From the NCBI GenBank assembly GCA_963789395.1, contig CAWBKP010000012.1:297264-361263 (forward strand): a stretch of DNA of 64,000 nucleotides. Reading direction: 5' to 3'. Shown here in pieces: positions 53,159 to 64,000 of this stretch (positions within the stretch are counted from its first letter, which is position 1; each line of letters begins with the position of its first letter). The notes beneath the pieces were generated by a model, which was not told where the DNA came from, ran no database searches, and saw only the letters and a program-made list of their open reading frames with translations. Origin of the DNA: an uncultured delta proteobacterium. Lineage in GTDB: Bacteria > Desulfobacterota > Desulfobacteria > Desulfobacterales > Desulfatirhabdiaceae. The translations under genes and the position numbers were made by a program.

Positions 53159-54168
53159 GTTCGTGGGAGGCCTTTCCCCGAAACACCCAGAAACAATATC
53201 CCGTGTAGGCAAGGATACAGGGAAGAAGGAAAACTGTGCCCAGCAGCAGCAGGGATTGGGATTCCGGGGCTGCTGCCGCATGCCCAGAGGCTAACCTTGA
53301 AGGGCACCAGCCACGGCCAGGTGCTGATCCCGATGCCGATGTAATTCATGAGGAATATGCCAAGGGCGAGAAAAAAAGGCCGGTATTCCCGACCCGCACC
53401 AAGATCCCGCCAAAGCATGACACAGAATACCACAGACAGGATAGGCATGGGCTGAAGCCAGTAGAAGTTGGGCAGACTGAACCACAGGTCCTTGATGGCG
53501 TCGTTCATCAGCGGCATGGCAAGGCTCACCAGTCCCATGAACAGGGCCACGCACAGCATCATGTACCGGGCGCATTGACGCGCCCAAGCCTGGGTGTCGT
53601 CCTCGGTTTTCATGATGGTCCAGGTGGCGCCAAGCAGCGCGTAGCCGGTCACCAGGGCAGCGCCGGTCATGAAACTGAAGGCGTTCAGCCAATCGAAAGG
53701 GCCGCCGGAAAAATTGCGGCCTTCCACGGCAATGCCGTGAACAAAGGTGCCCAGCACCATGCCCTGCATGAACGTGGCCACGACGGAGCCGATGTGGAAC
53801 GAATAGTCCCAGATGCGCCTGGATTTACCTTCGGCCTTGAAGCGGAATTCGAATGCCACACCGCGGAAAATCAGGCCAAGCAGCATGAGGATGATGGGGA
53901 TGTAAAAGGCCGGCATAAGTATGGCGTAGGCCAGGGGAAAGGCTGCGAACAGGCCGCCGCCCCCGAGAACCAGCCAGGTCTCGTTGCCGTCCCAGAAGGG
54001 GGCGATGGAGTTCATCATACGGTTCCGGCACGCATCTGTGGGGGCAAAGGGAAACAGAATGCCCACGCCCAGATCAAATCCGTCCAGCAGGACATACAGG
54101 AAGATGACCGTTACGATCAGCGCATACCAGATCAGCGGCAGATCCAGAAAACTTTCGAAACTAAACAT
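53155..54168 (-). CDS. cydB: Cytochrome bd ubiquinol oxidase subunit II (indels near ~53280)
   Basis: YVLLDGFDLGVG, PFWDGNETWLV, FRGVAFEFR. Confidence 0.92.
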   Translation of the reverse strand: MFSFESFLDLPLIWYALIVTVIFLYVLLDGFDLGVGILFPFAPTDACRNRMMNSIAPFWDGNETWLVLGGGGLFAAFPLAYAILMPAFYIPIILMLLGLIFRGVAFEFRFKAEGKSRRIWDYSFHIGSVVATFMQGMVLGTFVHGIAVEGRNFSGGPFDWLNAFSFMTGAALVTGYALLGATWTIMKTEDDTQAWARQCARYMMLCVALFMGLVSLAMPLMNDAIKDLWFSLPNFYWLQPMPILSVVFCVMLWRDLGAGREYRPFFLALGIFLMNYIGIGISTWPWLVPFKVSLWACGSSPGIPIPAAAGHSFPSSLYPCLHGILFLGVSGKGLPRT

Positions 54169-55567
54169 CTTTCCCTCCTGTCTGAACAGCCAGATCCGTG
54201 ATCAGGGGCGGCTGTTTCACGCCGTGGCTTCCATAGGCATCTTCTTCCGCGGTTTCCGGCCCCTTTGCGATAAGTTTCAAGATGTAATAGGCCCCGGCGG
54301 TAAACACCAGGCCATAGGTAATGACAAAAGCGGCAAGGGAAACGGCAACTGACCCGCCGGCAACCGGCGATATGGTTTCCGATGTTCGCAATACGTTGAA
54401 CACGATAAACGGCTGACGGCCCACCTCGGTGACGAACCAGCCGGACACCACCGCAACAAAGCCGGCAGGCGTCATGGCCATGCACCAGAGGTGAAACCAT
54501 CGCGTGGAAAAGAGCTGTTTTTTCAGGAACAGCACGAGCCCGGCCAGGCCTGTTGCGATCATCAGCATCCCAAGACCCACCATAATGCGGAATGTCCAGA
54601 AGACCAGAAACACAGGGGGACGATCCGCTTTTTTCCAGGTCTTTAGCCCCTTCACCTCCCCGTTCAAGTCATGGGTGAGGATCAAGCTGGAGAGTTTGGG
54701 AATGGTAATCTCGAAGGCATTTTGCTCCCTGTTTTGATCCGGCCAGGCGAAAAGTCGCAGCGCGGCGCCCTGCTCCGTTTCCCAGATGCCCTCCATGGCA
54801 GCCACCTTCGCCGGCTGATGCGCGAAGGTGTTCAGGCCGTGCAGATCGCCGAAAAAAAGCTGCATGGGCGAAACGAAAATTGCCATGATCATGGCCATGC
54901 CCAGCATGATCCGGGCATGGTTCACATGCAGCCCCCGCCACAGGTAGTACCCGCCGATGCCGCCCACCACGAAAGCAGTTGTAAGATAGGCACCGGTAAC
55001 CATGTGGACCAGACGGTAGGGGAAAGACGGGTTGAAAATCACCTGAATCCAGTCGGTGGGATAAAGCAGGCCGTTTGCGCCCTCGCGAAAACCTGTCGGT
55101 GTCTGCATCCAGCTGTTGGCGGACAGGATCCAGAAGGCTGAAATCAGGGTGCCCACTGCCACGGTAACCGTTGCGGCAAAGTGCATTTTTTTACTCACAC
55201 GGTTCCAGCCAAAGAGCATGATGCCCAGAAAAGAGGCCTCCAGGAAAAAGGCGGTGAGCACCTCAAAGCCAAGCAGCGGACCCAGCACATTGCCAACTTT
55301 ATCGGCAAAACCGGACCAGTTGGTGCCGAACTGGTAGGAGAGCACCACGCCGGTGACCACGCCCATACCAAACGTCACGGCAAAGATCTTGACCCACATG
55401 CGGTAGATCTGCTCATACAGGGGATTTCCGGTTTTGAGCCAGCGCCACTCCACCACGGCCAGCCAGCTGGCCAGGCCGATGGTAAAGGCCGGAAAGGTGA
55501 TGTGGTAGGCCACGGTAAAAGCAAACTGGGCGCGCGCCAGGAATACGGGATCAAGGTTGGAAAACAT
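54161..55567 (-). CDS. cydA: Cytochrome bd ubiquinol oxidase subunit I (short Q-loop, CioA-like)
   Basis: YHITFP, YQFGTNW, FFLEASF, SANSWMQTP, QPAKVAAME, TEVGRQP. Confidence 0.95.
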   Translation of the reverse strand: MFSNLDPVFLARAQFAFTVAYHITFPAFTIGLASWLAVVEWRWLKTGNPLYEQIYRMWVKIFAVTFGMGVVTGVVLSYQFGTNWSGFADKVGNVLGPLLGFEVLTAFFLEASFLGIMLFGWNRVSKKMHFAATVTVAVGTLISAFWILSANSWMQTPTGFREGANGLLYPTDWIQVIFNPSFPYRLVHMVTGAYLTTAFVVGGIGGYYLWRGLHVNHARIMLGMAMIMAIFVSPMQLFFGDLHGLNTFAHQPAKVAAMEGIWETEQGAALRLFAWPDQNREQNAFEITIPKLSSLILTHDLNGEVKGLKTWKKADRPPVFLVFWTFRIMVGLGMLMIATGLAGLVLFLKKQLFSTRWFHLWCMAMTPAGFVAVVSGWFVTEVGRQPFIVFNVLRTSETISPVAGGSVAVSLAAFVITYGLVFTAGAYYILKLIAKGPETAEEDAYGSHGVKQPPLITDLAVQTGGKDV

Positions 55568-55716
55568 GGTAATACCTCGACGGATTACAGTTAATTGTCA
55601 ATGGTAGGTAACAGGAGCATGATGATGACTATCATAAAATGTATGCCGGTAAAGTCAAGCCCGAATTGACAATCACCTGCCTGCTGCCGTGGCGAGTTTC
55701 TGGCGTTTTACAACTA

Positions 55717-56289
55717 TCAAGTCCGGATTTCAGGAACCGCAGCGGTTTTTTCATTGTAGACGGATGCCAGGAAAACGGTTGCCAGCGGGCAGGTAATGAG
55801 AAACCCGATAAAGACGGATCCCCCCAGGGCGATAATTCCCATATAGAGCACCACGACAACAACATGATCCAGGATTTGGCCTTTTACAGCCATCCGGTAA
55901 CTTTCCTTTATGGCATCCATGACTCCCAAACCCTTATCTGTCATCAACGGCAGCATATAAAGGCAGCAGAACGTAACAGCTACAACAATCAGAAAGCCGG
56001 GCAAAAAGAGCACCAGAAGGCCGATGATGATCGCAATAAAAGCGACAACGCTGAATCCCAATAGTGGGAAGAAAAGACCCATCTGAGAAAAAATGTCCTG
56101 GGCTTTGGGTTCGCGCCCCTCACGAAGCATTAGCAGGATGGATTGAATATACCCTGCCATGGTGACTGGCCCCAGAATGCCGAATGTAAATCCGCTGACC
56201 AGTGCCATGACCAGCGTTATCAAAATGAGGGAAACTATATTTGAAAATGTGAGTTTCCACGCAGTTTCAATATGCCATTTAAAGTCCAT
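55717..56289 (-). CDS. Hypothetical membrane protein
   Basis: Several TM segments, GPVTMAG, MDAIKES; RBS GGGAGA. Confidence 0.7.
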   Translation of the reverse strand: MDFKWHIETAWKLTFSNIVSLILITLVMALVSGFTFGILGPVTMAGYIQSILLMLREGREPKAQDIFSQMGLFFPLLGFSVVAFIAIIIGLLVLFLPGFLIVVAVTFCCLYMLPLMTDKGLGVMDAIKESYRMAVKGQILDHVVVVVLYMGIIALGGSVFIGFLITCPLATVFLASVYNEKTAAVPEIRT

Positions 56290-56336
56290 GTTCTCTCCCT
56301 ATGTTTTGAGTGGTAAAATTGGACTGCTGCAGATAG

Positions 56337-56960
56337 TTACGGCAACACCAGCTTAATGAGTGCCAGAATCATCCATCTGAAAAAGTTGATGACCGGGTTG
56401 AGGATACCAAAATAAAGCAGTGCGATAAGAATAACAAATCCATAGCGCTCCAGACGGAAAAAGAAATTCTGGACGTTCGGTGATGCGAATCCCATAAGAA
56501 TTTTCGACCCGTCCAGGGGCGGCAGAGGTATCAGATTGAATGCAGCCAGAATGATGTTGATCTGCGCCAAATAATACAAAAGCTCCCCCGCCATGCTTGA
56601 CAGCGGAATGGACAGCAGCCGGACCAAAAATAAGGCGATAAACGCCAGCAGCATGTTTGTGATGATGCCGGCGGCAGAGACCCATATCATCCCCATGTGC
56701 CGGTCACGCAGCCGGCTGAAATCCACTGGAACCGGCTTTGCCCAGCCGAAACCGAAAGCAAAGAGCATGATGGTCCCCAGGGGATCGAGGTGCTTGAGCG
56801 GATTGAGGCTGAGGCGACCAAGCTGCCTGGCTGTCGGATCCCCCATGAGATAGGCTGCCCAACCATGCGCCAGCTCATGAAAAATGATGGAATACAAAAG
56901 CGGTATGGCGATGAGAACGAATTCAAGCGGATTATTTATCAACAGATTGATCAGGCCCAT
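56337..56960 (-). CDS. Site-2 protease (peptidase M50)
   Basis: HELAH, NPLKHLDP, WAKPVP, FNLIPLPPLDG. Confidence 0.92.
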   Translation of the reverse strand: MGLINLLINNPLEFVLIAIPLLYSIIFHELAHGWAAYLMGDPTARQLGRLSLNPLKHLDPLGTIMLFAFGFGWAKPVPVDFSRLRDRHMGMIWVSAAGIITNMLLAFIALFLVRLLSIPLSSMAGELLYYLAQINIILAAFNLIPLPPLDGSKILMGFASPNVQNFFFRLERYGFVILIALLYFGILNPVINFFRWMILALIKLVLP

Positions 56961-57080
56961 AGGTTGGCTCCCCGATATCTCGTCAAAAAAGTAGTTTCAG
57001 AATCGATGTGAAAATCACCGGTTAACCCGGTTATTTTTGTTAACCCTGATACAGTATCCCCTGGATCTCGAATCCGGTTT

Positions 57081-57629
57081 TTAAAGCAAATTCAAAATCG
57101 AAGCCACCACTTGTTCAGGTGTCATGCCGTCGGTGGAAACGACGATGTCCGCATATTTTTCGTACAGAGGGCGCCTTTCTTCATAAAGCATGTCAATTGT
57201 CTGGCCGGGCATCATCAGCACCCCCCGTTCAGACAGATTGCCCAGCCGGGCTTTCAGGGGTTTCAACCCGATCTGCAGATAAACCGCAGGCCCCAGCGAT
57301 TTCAGACGGACCATGGCACTTTCGCTGTAGACAGCACTTCCGCCGGTGGCTATCACCCCGCAATCCGGCGGTACGTCAAGCAGATACGCCGCCTCGATTT
57401 GCCGGAAGCCGCTGATGCCTTTCCTGGAAATGAGTTCCTGAAGATAGCATCCTTCACCGATTTGTATGAGAATATCCGTGTCCAGAAACCCCGTCCCCAG
57501 CCGTTTGGCCAGCAGCACACCAATGGTGCTTTTACCGGCCCCGGGCATCCCGATGAGTATCAGATTCTGTTTTCTCTTCAATAATCCCCCGTTATCGGCA
57601 GGAGCCGCCATTGGCCGGCCTTGAACCAT
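57081..57629 (-). CDS. aroK: Shikimate kinase (true start may be ~57580)
   Basis: LIGMPGAGKST, DTD, IATGGSAV, ERRPLYEKYAD. Confidence 0.88.
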   Translation of the reverse strand: MVQGRPMAAPADNGGLLKRKQNLILIGMPGAGKSTIGVLLAKRLGTGFLDTDILIQIGEGCYLQELISRKGISGFRQIEAAYLLDVPPDCGVIATGGSAVYSESAMVRLKSLGPAVYLQIGLKPLKARLGNLSERGVLMMPGQTIDMLYEERRPLYEKYADIVVSTDGMTPEQVVASILNLL

Positions 57630-57732
57630 CCCCTCGCAGCTTCCATTATTACCCTTTCAGACAAACATTTTCAATTGATAAGCGAAACGGCCTGCCTAAC
57701 AACTGCTATGACATCCCGGTGTATTTTTCCGG

Positions 57733-58522
57733 CTATTGACTTCTGAACTGGGCAATCTGCCGGGATATCGCAGCAAGGTTGCCTGTTTCGTCCCAGACCT
57801 CACAGTCCGCTTCCAGCAGGCCGCAGGTGATGTGCCGTGTTCGAAGCTTGCACCGGAGCCATTCCGTCTCTGGAATGCTCCGGATGCTGACGCTCAGCTC
57901 TATCGTCGGCACCCACGCTGTCACCCCCTGGCTTACAAACGCCGCAGGAGGCATCGAATCAGCGATCTGCAGCACGGACAATAGATCGTGAGGCCGTGTT
58001 TCCCGGAACCTGAACCACCCGCGGTTCTCTGAGGTGTCAATCAGTTTTCCCTGAAGCCATCCCGCACACGGCGGATCCAGCAGCAGCTCGATGTTGTCGA
58101 ACACCGTGAATCCGGGAATCGGAGGCATCCCGATGCAAGCCTTTCTTTCCGCAAGCTGTGGCGCTGAGGATTCGTTCCGGTTGATCGCGCAGTCGATATT
58201 TTCATCCGCAAAGGTGCCGAAGGCGCGGATTTTTTCGGCGCCTTCCTGAAAGAGTCTTGCCTCATAGCGGCTGAACTGCTTTGAAACCGAAATTTCCTCC
58301 ACCCTTACCGTCACATCGCCGGGCCGACAGCGCGAAATATAATTGGCGGTGATGATCGGTGTGGACTGTTTTTTCGCTTTTATCCCGCATGGCCCTTGCG
58401 AGAATGGCCATGAGGTATCCGCCGTTCGGGTTGTTATTGATGAGCCAGTTCTCTGATATGGCTCCCGCATAGACCGAAGGTGCGGTTTCTCTGAGCGTTG
58501 TATCCCTGTCGAAAATGTGCAT
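57733..58522 (-). CDS. Double hot-dog thioesterase family protein (frameshift ~58370)
   Basis: MHIFDRDT..NWLINNNPNGGYL; ADSMPP, WVPTIELSV, WDETGNLAAISRQ. Confidence 0.8.
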
Positions 58523-58576
58523 GAATCGACTTCCATTGATATGTATCGCGGCACGAAACGGCGGCGGAAACCCCTG

Positions 58577-59435
58577 TCATCCCACCCGCATCCAGGATAG
58601 CAGCATAACGGCAACGGCCAGTGAAAAGAAAAGATACTGGATAGGCGGGCGGGGAGGTTTTTTCGCAAGAAACTCATAAATACAGCCGATCAGCATGCCG
58701 CTTCCCAGGCCGAAAAGATGGGCCAGAATATCGGTATGCTCTCCTTCGCTGAATAATCCCAGAAGACACAGACCGCCTCCCAGAGGAAGCCAGACCTTGA
58801 AGCGCTGTTTGGCAACCCGGAAGCTGCTGAATGTCTGATGGGCGATAAGTATGCCGACCGCCCCGAAGACGGCGGTGGATGCTCCGATCGAAAGATGGTT
58901 GGACCGATAAAGAAGCGCGGTAAAATAATTGCCAAGAGCGCCTGAGGCAAGCACGCAAAAAGAGGCGACCCCGAATCCCTGAACACTGCAAACAACAGTA
59001 AAAAAAAGCGCCAGACTGGCCATGTTGCCGGCAAGATGAACGGAATCGGAGTGAATCATCAGGGCGGTAACGGTCCGGTAGATCTCGCCATTCAGGATGG
59101 AAGAGGCGGACGCACCATATTTTTGCGCAAAAAGCGGAATGCCCCCATGATGGGTCATGAAAACATGGCCCGCCAAAAGTCCCAGAGCCGCCCCGATGCC
59201 GGTATGGATCTTATGGGGGATACGGCTCCAGGCATCGGCTTCATCGGGGCTTTGCCGATTTTCCTGAAAATAGCTTTCTATCTCCGCCAGGGCTTTTTCG
59301 GTGTCCTGCGGGATGAACCGATACCGTCCAGTTGTCCGGCTGACCGGTTAGCCGGTAGGTGATCCCGGCGGCTGCCAGAATCAGCAGGCAGGTATTGGCA
59401 TCATCCGTCGAGAGATTGACAAAAAGCGCTTCCAT
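58577..59435 (-). CDS. Rhomboid family intramembrane serine protease (frameshifted)
   Basis: YRTVTALMIHSDSVHLAGN, GASTAVFG, AHLFGL. Confidence 0.85.
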
Positions 59436-59509
59436 GGTTCAGCCGGCAAATCCACCCTGGCACGGGACAGGCCTCCCGCATTGCCGGAAGCCTGCCGACG
59501 AAGAATACA

Positions 59510-60676
59510 CTATTGCAGCAATTTCCACTGGCCATCTGAGATCTGAACCAGAACCATGGAGTCCACCCCAAGCCCGTTGTGGTCTTCAGGCGTGATGTTA
59601 TAGGTGCCGCTGACCCCGACATAGCCCGTGGTTTTTTCGATGGCGTCCCGTAGCTTTTCATTGTCCGTACCGGCTTTTTTCATGGCGTTGGCAACGATGT
59701 ATATTGCATCCCAGGCATAGCCGGAATGGGTATTGATGGGAAACTGCCGGTCATAGTGGAAATACATCTTTATATAAATGAATAAACTCCTGGATGACTT
59801 TTTTCTGGGGATCGGTATCCGGAAGCTGGGAGGCCACCATCAATTTTGTGGACGGCATGATATTGCCTTCGGATGCCTTTCCGGCAAGTTCGATGTATTT
59901 GGGGTCCGGAAGGCCGTGGCACTGGAAAAGCGGGACCTGAATGCCCAGTTGTTTGACATTCTTGGCCACAATCGAGCCTGCCTTGCCGATGGTCCAGCAG
60001 ACGATGGCATCCGGAGAAGCCGTCTTGATGTTGATGAGCTGCGCCGTCATGTCGCTGTCCGTTGCCTGAAAGGATTCGGCTGCCACAATCTTGATCCCGT
60101 ATTCCGCGGCAAGGGTTTCAAGCGCGGCCTTTCCATCCTTGCCGAAACCATCGGCCGCGGTCAGGATGGCGATTTTCTGCATGCCTTTCTGCTTCAGGTA
60201 GGCATAGACTTTTTGAACGGCAATCGTGGTCCGCTGCGGGGACTTGAACGTCCAGTGAAAAGGTCCGAACTTGCCGCCTGCGATCACCGCATCCCCGCCA
60301 ACGGTCATGAACGTGGGAATCTTCATCTGTTCGATGGTCGGCTTTGCCGCCATTCCCGTGTCGGTCCGCGTGGGGCCGATGATGGCAACGACTTTATCGG
60401 ATTCGGTAAATTTCTTTGACAATGAGCGCGGCCTTTGTGGGGTCGCCCTCGTCATCCGCAATCACAAGCTGCAAGGGAGCGCCATTGATTCCGCCTTCAT
60501 CGTTGATTTTTTTTACAACCATTTCAGCAACCAGCTTTGTCGGCGTCCCGATCGCGGAAGATGGGCCGGTGAGATCAAAAAATGCGCCGATCTTGATGGG
60601 ATCGGCACTGTAAGCCGTTCCGACCGCCACAAACACGGACAACAACAAGACCCGCAGCCAACCTTATTTTCTTCAT
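59510..60676 (-). CDS. Liv-type ABC substrate-binding protein (frameshifted; no permeases adjacent)
   Basis: PIKIGAFFDLTG, INDEGGING, DGFGKDG, YAWDA, GVSGTYNITPEDHNGL across three ORFs. Confidence 0.85.
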
Positions 60677-60801
60677 GTCTGTTTTCTCCTTTGTATGAAA
60701 GTCTCCTGACTTCGCAAATAGACAGGAACCGGCTGATTACTGTCATTCGGCGAAAGCTGGAACCATATTTTTAAACGGTTATGGAAAAGTAGAGAAGTCC
60801 G

Positions 60802-61129
60802 CTATGATGCGATTTTTTTTGTCATGATGATATTCTGCATCAACAATTCCAGGATGTTTTCATTCCACCAGGGTCCATCGGGAATCGGCAACTTTTTCTC
60901 CCTTGCCGATTTGTTCGCCCAACGCGCCCAGTTCATCGGCATCTTTTGCCTGCCATCCGTTCGACTTGGCCCAGGCGCTGATTTCTTCCGCCAAAAGTTT
61001 CTCGCCGGCTTTATGCAGCCGGACAAACATTTCTTTTGCCCGATTCATATCGCTTGGAAAAGACAGGCCGGTAGACAAATTGGTTCCGATCGTAATGGCG
61101 TTAAGCCCTTTTTCAACTAATGGTGTCAT
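60802..61129 (-). CDS. DUF1889-like small protein (frameshift near 3' end)
   Basis: NLSTGLSFPSDMNRAKEMF..WAKSNGW..ADELG. Confidence 0.6.
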
Positions 61130-61233
61130 GCTGCATCTCCTGTGATTGCATTAAATGAAATATAAATTATCGGCAATTTGGATTCAATGCTGATCCACCT
61201 GCCAGACCACTGAAGCCGGCGGCTTCACACTCA

Positions 61234-62605
61234 TCAAGCAAGCAATGGTTTCAGCATATAGATCAGATCGCTTTCCCGGGTCGGATAGGGACTCATGATG
61301 CTCTGCCGGTAAAGCTGATCAACGGTGATTCCGTTGATCATGGCCAGCCGAAGGGTATTGACCAGACCCGAGGCATTGTCCGACAGGAAATGGGCCCCCA
61401 GAAAGCGGCCATCCGCCGAGGCCAGGATTTTATAGGCTGCATGGGCCAGTCCGATGCGTTGATAGGTCGGCCATCGCAGGTTTTTGCCAAAGCTTTTTCG
61501 GTACGCGATGCCATCTTTTTGCAGCGCTGCCTCGGTTTTTCCGACCATGGCATACTGGGGGCAGGTAAAGAGAACCGCAGGGACCGCTTGATAGCTGATT
61601 GTCGCGGGTTCGGCCCTGCCAAAATGCGCCAGGATGTTCGCGGCCGCCGTATGCCCCTCGAAATCGGCTACCCGCGCCAGTTGAATGCTGTCCGCGCAGT
61701 CACCCACGGCATATACATTGGGGTTTGAGGTCATCATGCGCTCATTCACGACAATGCCCCGCCTGTTGAACGTCACGCCACCGGCTTCCAGATCAAGCGC
61801 TTCAATATTGGGTATTCTTCCGGCGCCGTGAACCACCAGATCCGTTTCATAGGACAGGCCGGATCGGGTTTTTACCGAGAATCCCGCTGCATGCTTTTCA
61901 ATGGCAACAATCTGAACACCCGTGATGACATCGATATTCACTTCCCTGGATGCCTGAACCAGAAGATCCACCATTTCCGCATCAAAAGGACCCAGGGGGC
62001 GATCTCCGGCCTCAAGAATGACAAGATGGCTGTTCGCGGGACCCAGTCTTGCGGCAAAATGCGCAAACTCGAACGCGATAAATCCCCCGCCGACAAACAG
62101 GATGCGTTCGGGCAGGGATTCAAGTTCCAGGAATTCGCGTGCTGAGCACCAGGTGTTCTTTGCCCGGCATTTCAAGAGGCATGGGCCGGGCTCCGGTGGC
62201 AAGGACAAAAAAATGAGATCGAATCTGCCGGCTGCCGACAGCCAGCGTGTCGGGAGCGACAAACCGGGCACTGCCTTCTATATATTCGATGCCGGCTTCA
62301 TTAAATCCGTCGACGGTTCGCCGCGAAACACCGGAAGTGAATTTATTTTTTTCCTTAAGTACCTGGGGCCATGAACCCGTGGCCGCATCAATGATTCCCC
62401 TGCCCTTCAGGTGCAAGGATCTGGAGACCGTCTCCGCAGCCTCATAGAACCATTTTTTCGCCTGGCATCCGGCCAGCGCACAGACGCCTCCTGGCCGGTT
62501 GCTGCTCTCGACAACGGCGACCCTGAGCCCGGCGGCTTTCAAATCATATGCCGCCGTCTGCCCTGCGGTACCTGATCCGACCACCACAACATCAAATTCC
62601 AGCAT
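61234..62605 (-). CDS. Pyridine nucleotide-disulfide oxidoreductase (glutathione reductase-like; frameshifted)
   Basis: VVGSGTAG, GGVCALAGCQAKK, VGGGFIAFEF, YAVGDC, YPT. Confidence 0.87.
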
Positions 62606-63008
62606 GACTTTTCCTTCAAAATCAGTCAGTCGTTTCTATGAATCACTGTCCAATCCGGACGGGAATGCGTTTAAAATATATGTGCGAAGATTACTGACTT
62701 GAACAGGAAAGTCAATAAATAAGTCCGGAAAAAACCGCATAAAGATTGCAGTTTTTTCAAAAACATTATGAACTCGAAAATATCAAAGGCGAATGTCAGG
62801 TAAATGGACTGTCTTTTCAATATAAATGGTTATCACAATCTGAAACTCGGCGTGAATTCGGGTGATCATCAACCGTTTGTCATATTCATCTTGAATATTA
62901 AGTTTCGCTCATTGATTTCAGGACGTGATTACACTGGAATCTGACATGGCGCGATAAATTCTGACTGCTATAAATGCAGGAAACGATGATGTCGAGAGGT
63001 TGTCCGGC

Positions 63009-63840
63009 ATGTTGAAAATCGGCAGTTATAATGAACTGGTGGTTGAAAGGGTGGTTGATTTCGGGCTCTACCTGAACCCGAAGCCGGATGAAGTCCTGCT
63101 TCCCTTAAAATACGTTCCCGAAAATACCCGTCCGGGAGATACCCTGCGGGTTTTTGTCTATACCGATTCCGAGGACCGGCCGGTGGCAACCACCCTTGAA
63201 CCCAAGGCCGTGGTGGGAGAATTCGCCTATCTTCAGGTAAAGGATGTTGCTTCGTTCGGCGCATTTCTCGACTGGGGTCTTGAAAAAGATCTTCTGGTTC
63301 CGTCAAGCCAGCAGCAGGACCGGATGAAGGTTGGGAAAAGCTATGTCGTCAAGGTGTGTCTGGATGAAATGACCGGCCGGGTTTACGGCACAAACCGGAT
63401 TACCCATAACTGCGACAAAAATCCGAAGGATCTGTCCGAAGGGGAAAAAGTCGATCTTCTGATCTACGGCATCACAAAAATCGGCATCATGGCCGTTGTC
63501 AACAACCGGTATTCCGGCCTGCTCTACCGGAGCGAAGTCTTTACATCCGTTTCGGTCGGAGAAAAAATAACCGGATACATCAGCAGAATCCGCGAAGACG
63601 GGAAAATCGACCTGACCTTGAAAAGTCCCGGATACCAGTCCGTAACCGGCTCCGGCGCCAGAATTCTGGAAACCCTTAAAAAAAAGGGGGGCTTTATTCC
63701 CTGTCATGACAAAAGCTCGCCCGATGAGATTCGGCGCATCTTTTCGATGAGCAAGAAAGAGTTTAAAAAGGCTATCGGCGGTCTCTATAAAGCAGGCAGC
63801 ATCCAAATCACGGACAAAGGGAATTCAGATAAAATCCTGA
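63009..63840 (+). CDS. S1 RNA-binding domain protein, CvfB family (indel near 3' end)
   Basis: FVYTDSEDRPVAT, GAFLDWGLEKDLLVP, DKSSPDEI, MSKKEFKKAIGGLYK. The ORF track runs on to 63938 because of the indel. Confidence 0.88.
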
Positions 63841-63849
63841 CCCGGAATC

Positions 63850-64000
63850 TTACTTTTTCATCCCCAAGGCTTTCATCCGGGTATACAGGCTGGTCCGTTT
63901 CATTCCGAGCATGTCGGCCGCGGCCCCGGGACCGCTGATCTTCCCCCCGACTGCGTGATGACATACCGGATGTAACGGCGCTGAATTTCGTCAAGAGACG
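63850..64000 (-). CDS. C-terminal Fis-type HTH of a sigma-54 activator (partial)
   Basis: Minus strand SLDEIQRRYIRYVITQSG..ISGPGAAADMLGMKRTSLYTRMKALGMKK*. Confidence 0.75.

Noticed and set aside
55583..55602. Second CusR-like box upstream of cydA
   Set aside because: Half-site spacing is N8 rather than N6.
60741..60765. GTCATTCGGCGAAAGCTGGAACCA as a third MITE copy
   Set aside because: Resembles the internal hairpin only; too short and degenerate to support.

Overview
Bacterial chromosomal window of moderate GC. The gene content suggests an anaerobic deltaproteobacterium such as Desulfobacterales (inference only). It is mostly transport, catabolism and regulation: two Liv-type ABC operons, an ACAD10/11-like acyl-CoA dehydrogenase + TetR + phosphotransferase + CoA-ligase cluster, KtrAB, a TRAP transporter, a decaying hexuronate/aldonate cluster (SDR and UxaC remnants, intact LarA-family protein and gluconokinase), MscS, Dus, a thaumatin-like lipoprotein, an iadA-gsiABCD-C26 peptidase operon interrupted by a toxin-antitoxin remnant between attC-like sites, sigma-54 and OmpR two-component systems, MaeB and cytochrome bd (CioAB-type). 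Non-coding structure includes a ~131-bp MITE-like element with a 5-bp direct repeat, REP-like palindromes after solute-binding-protein genes, and a sigma-54 promoter with tandem upstream sites. Many genes are broken by single-base indels, which look more like assembly errors than real pseudogenisation. No rRNA, tRNA, CRISPR array, integrase or transposase was recognised. All calls come from reading motifs by eye; no database search was run.
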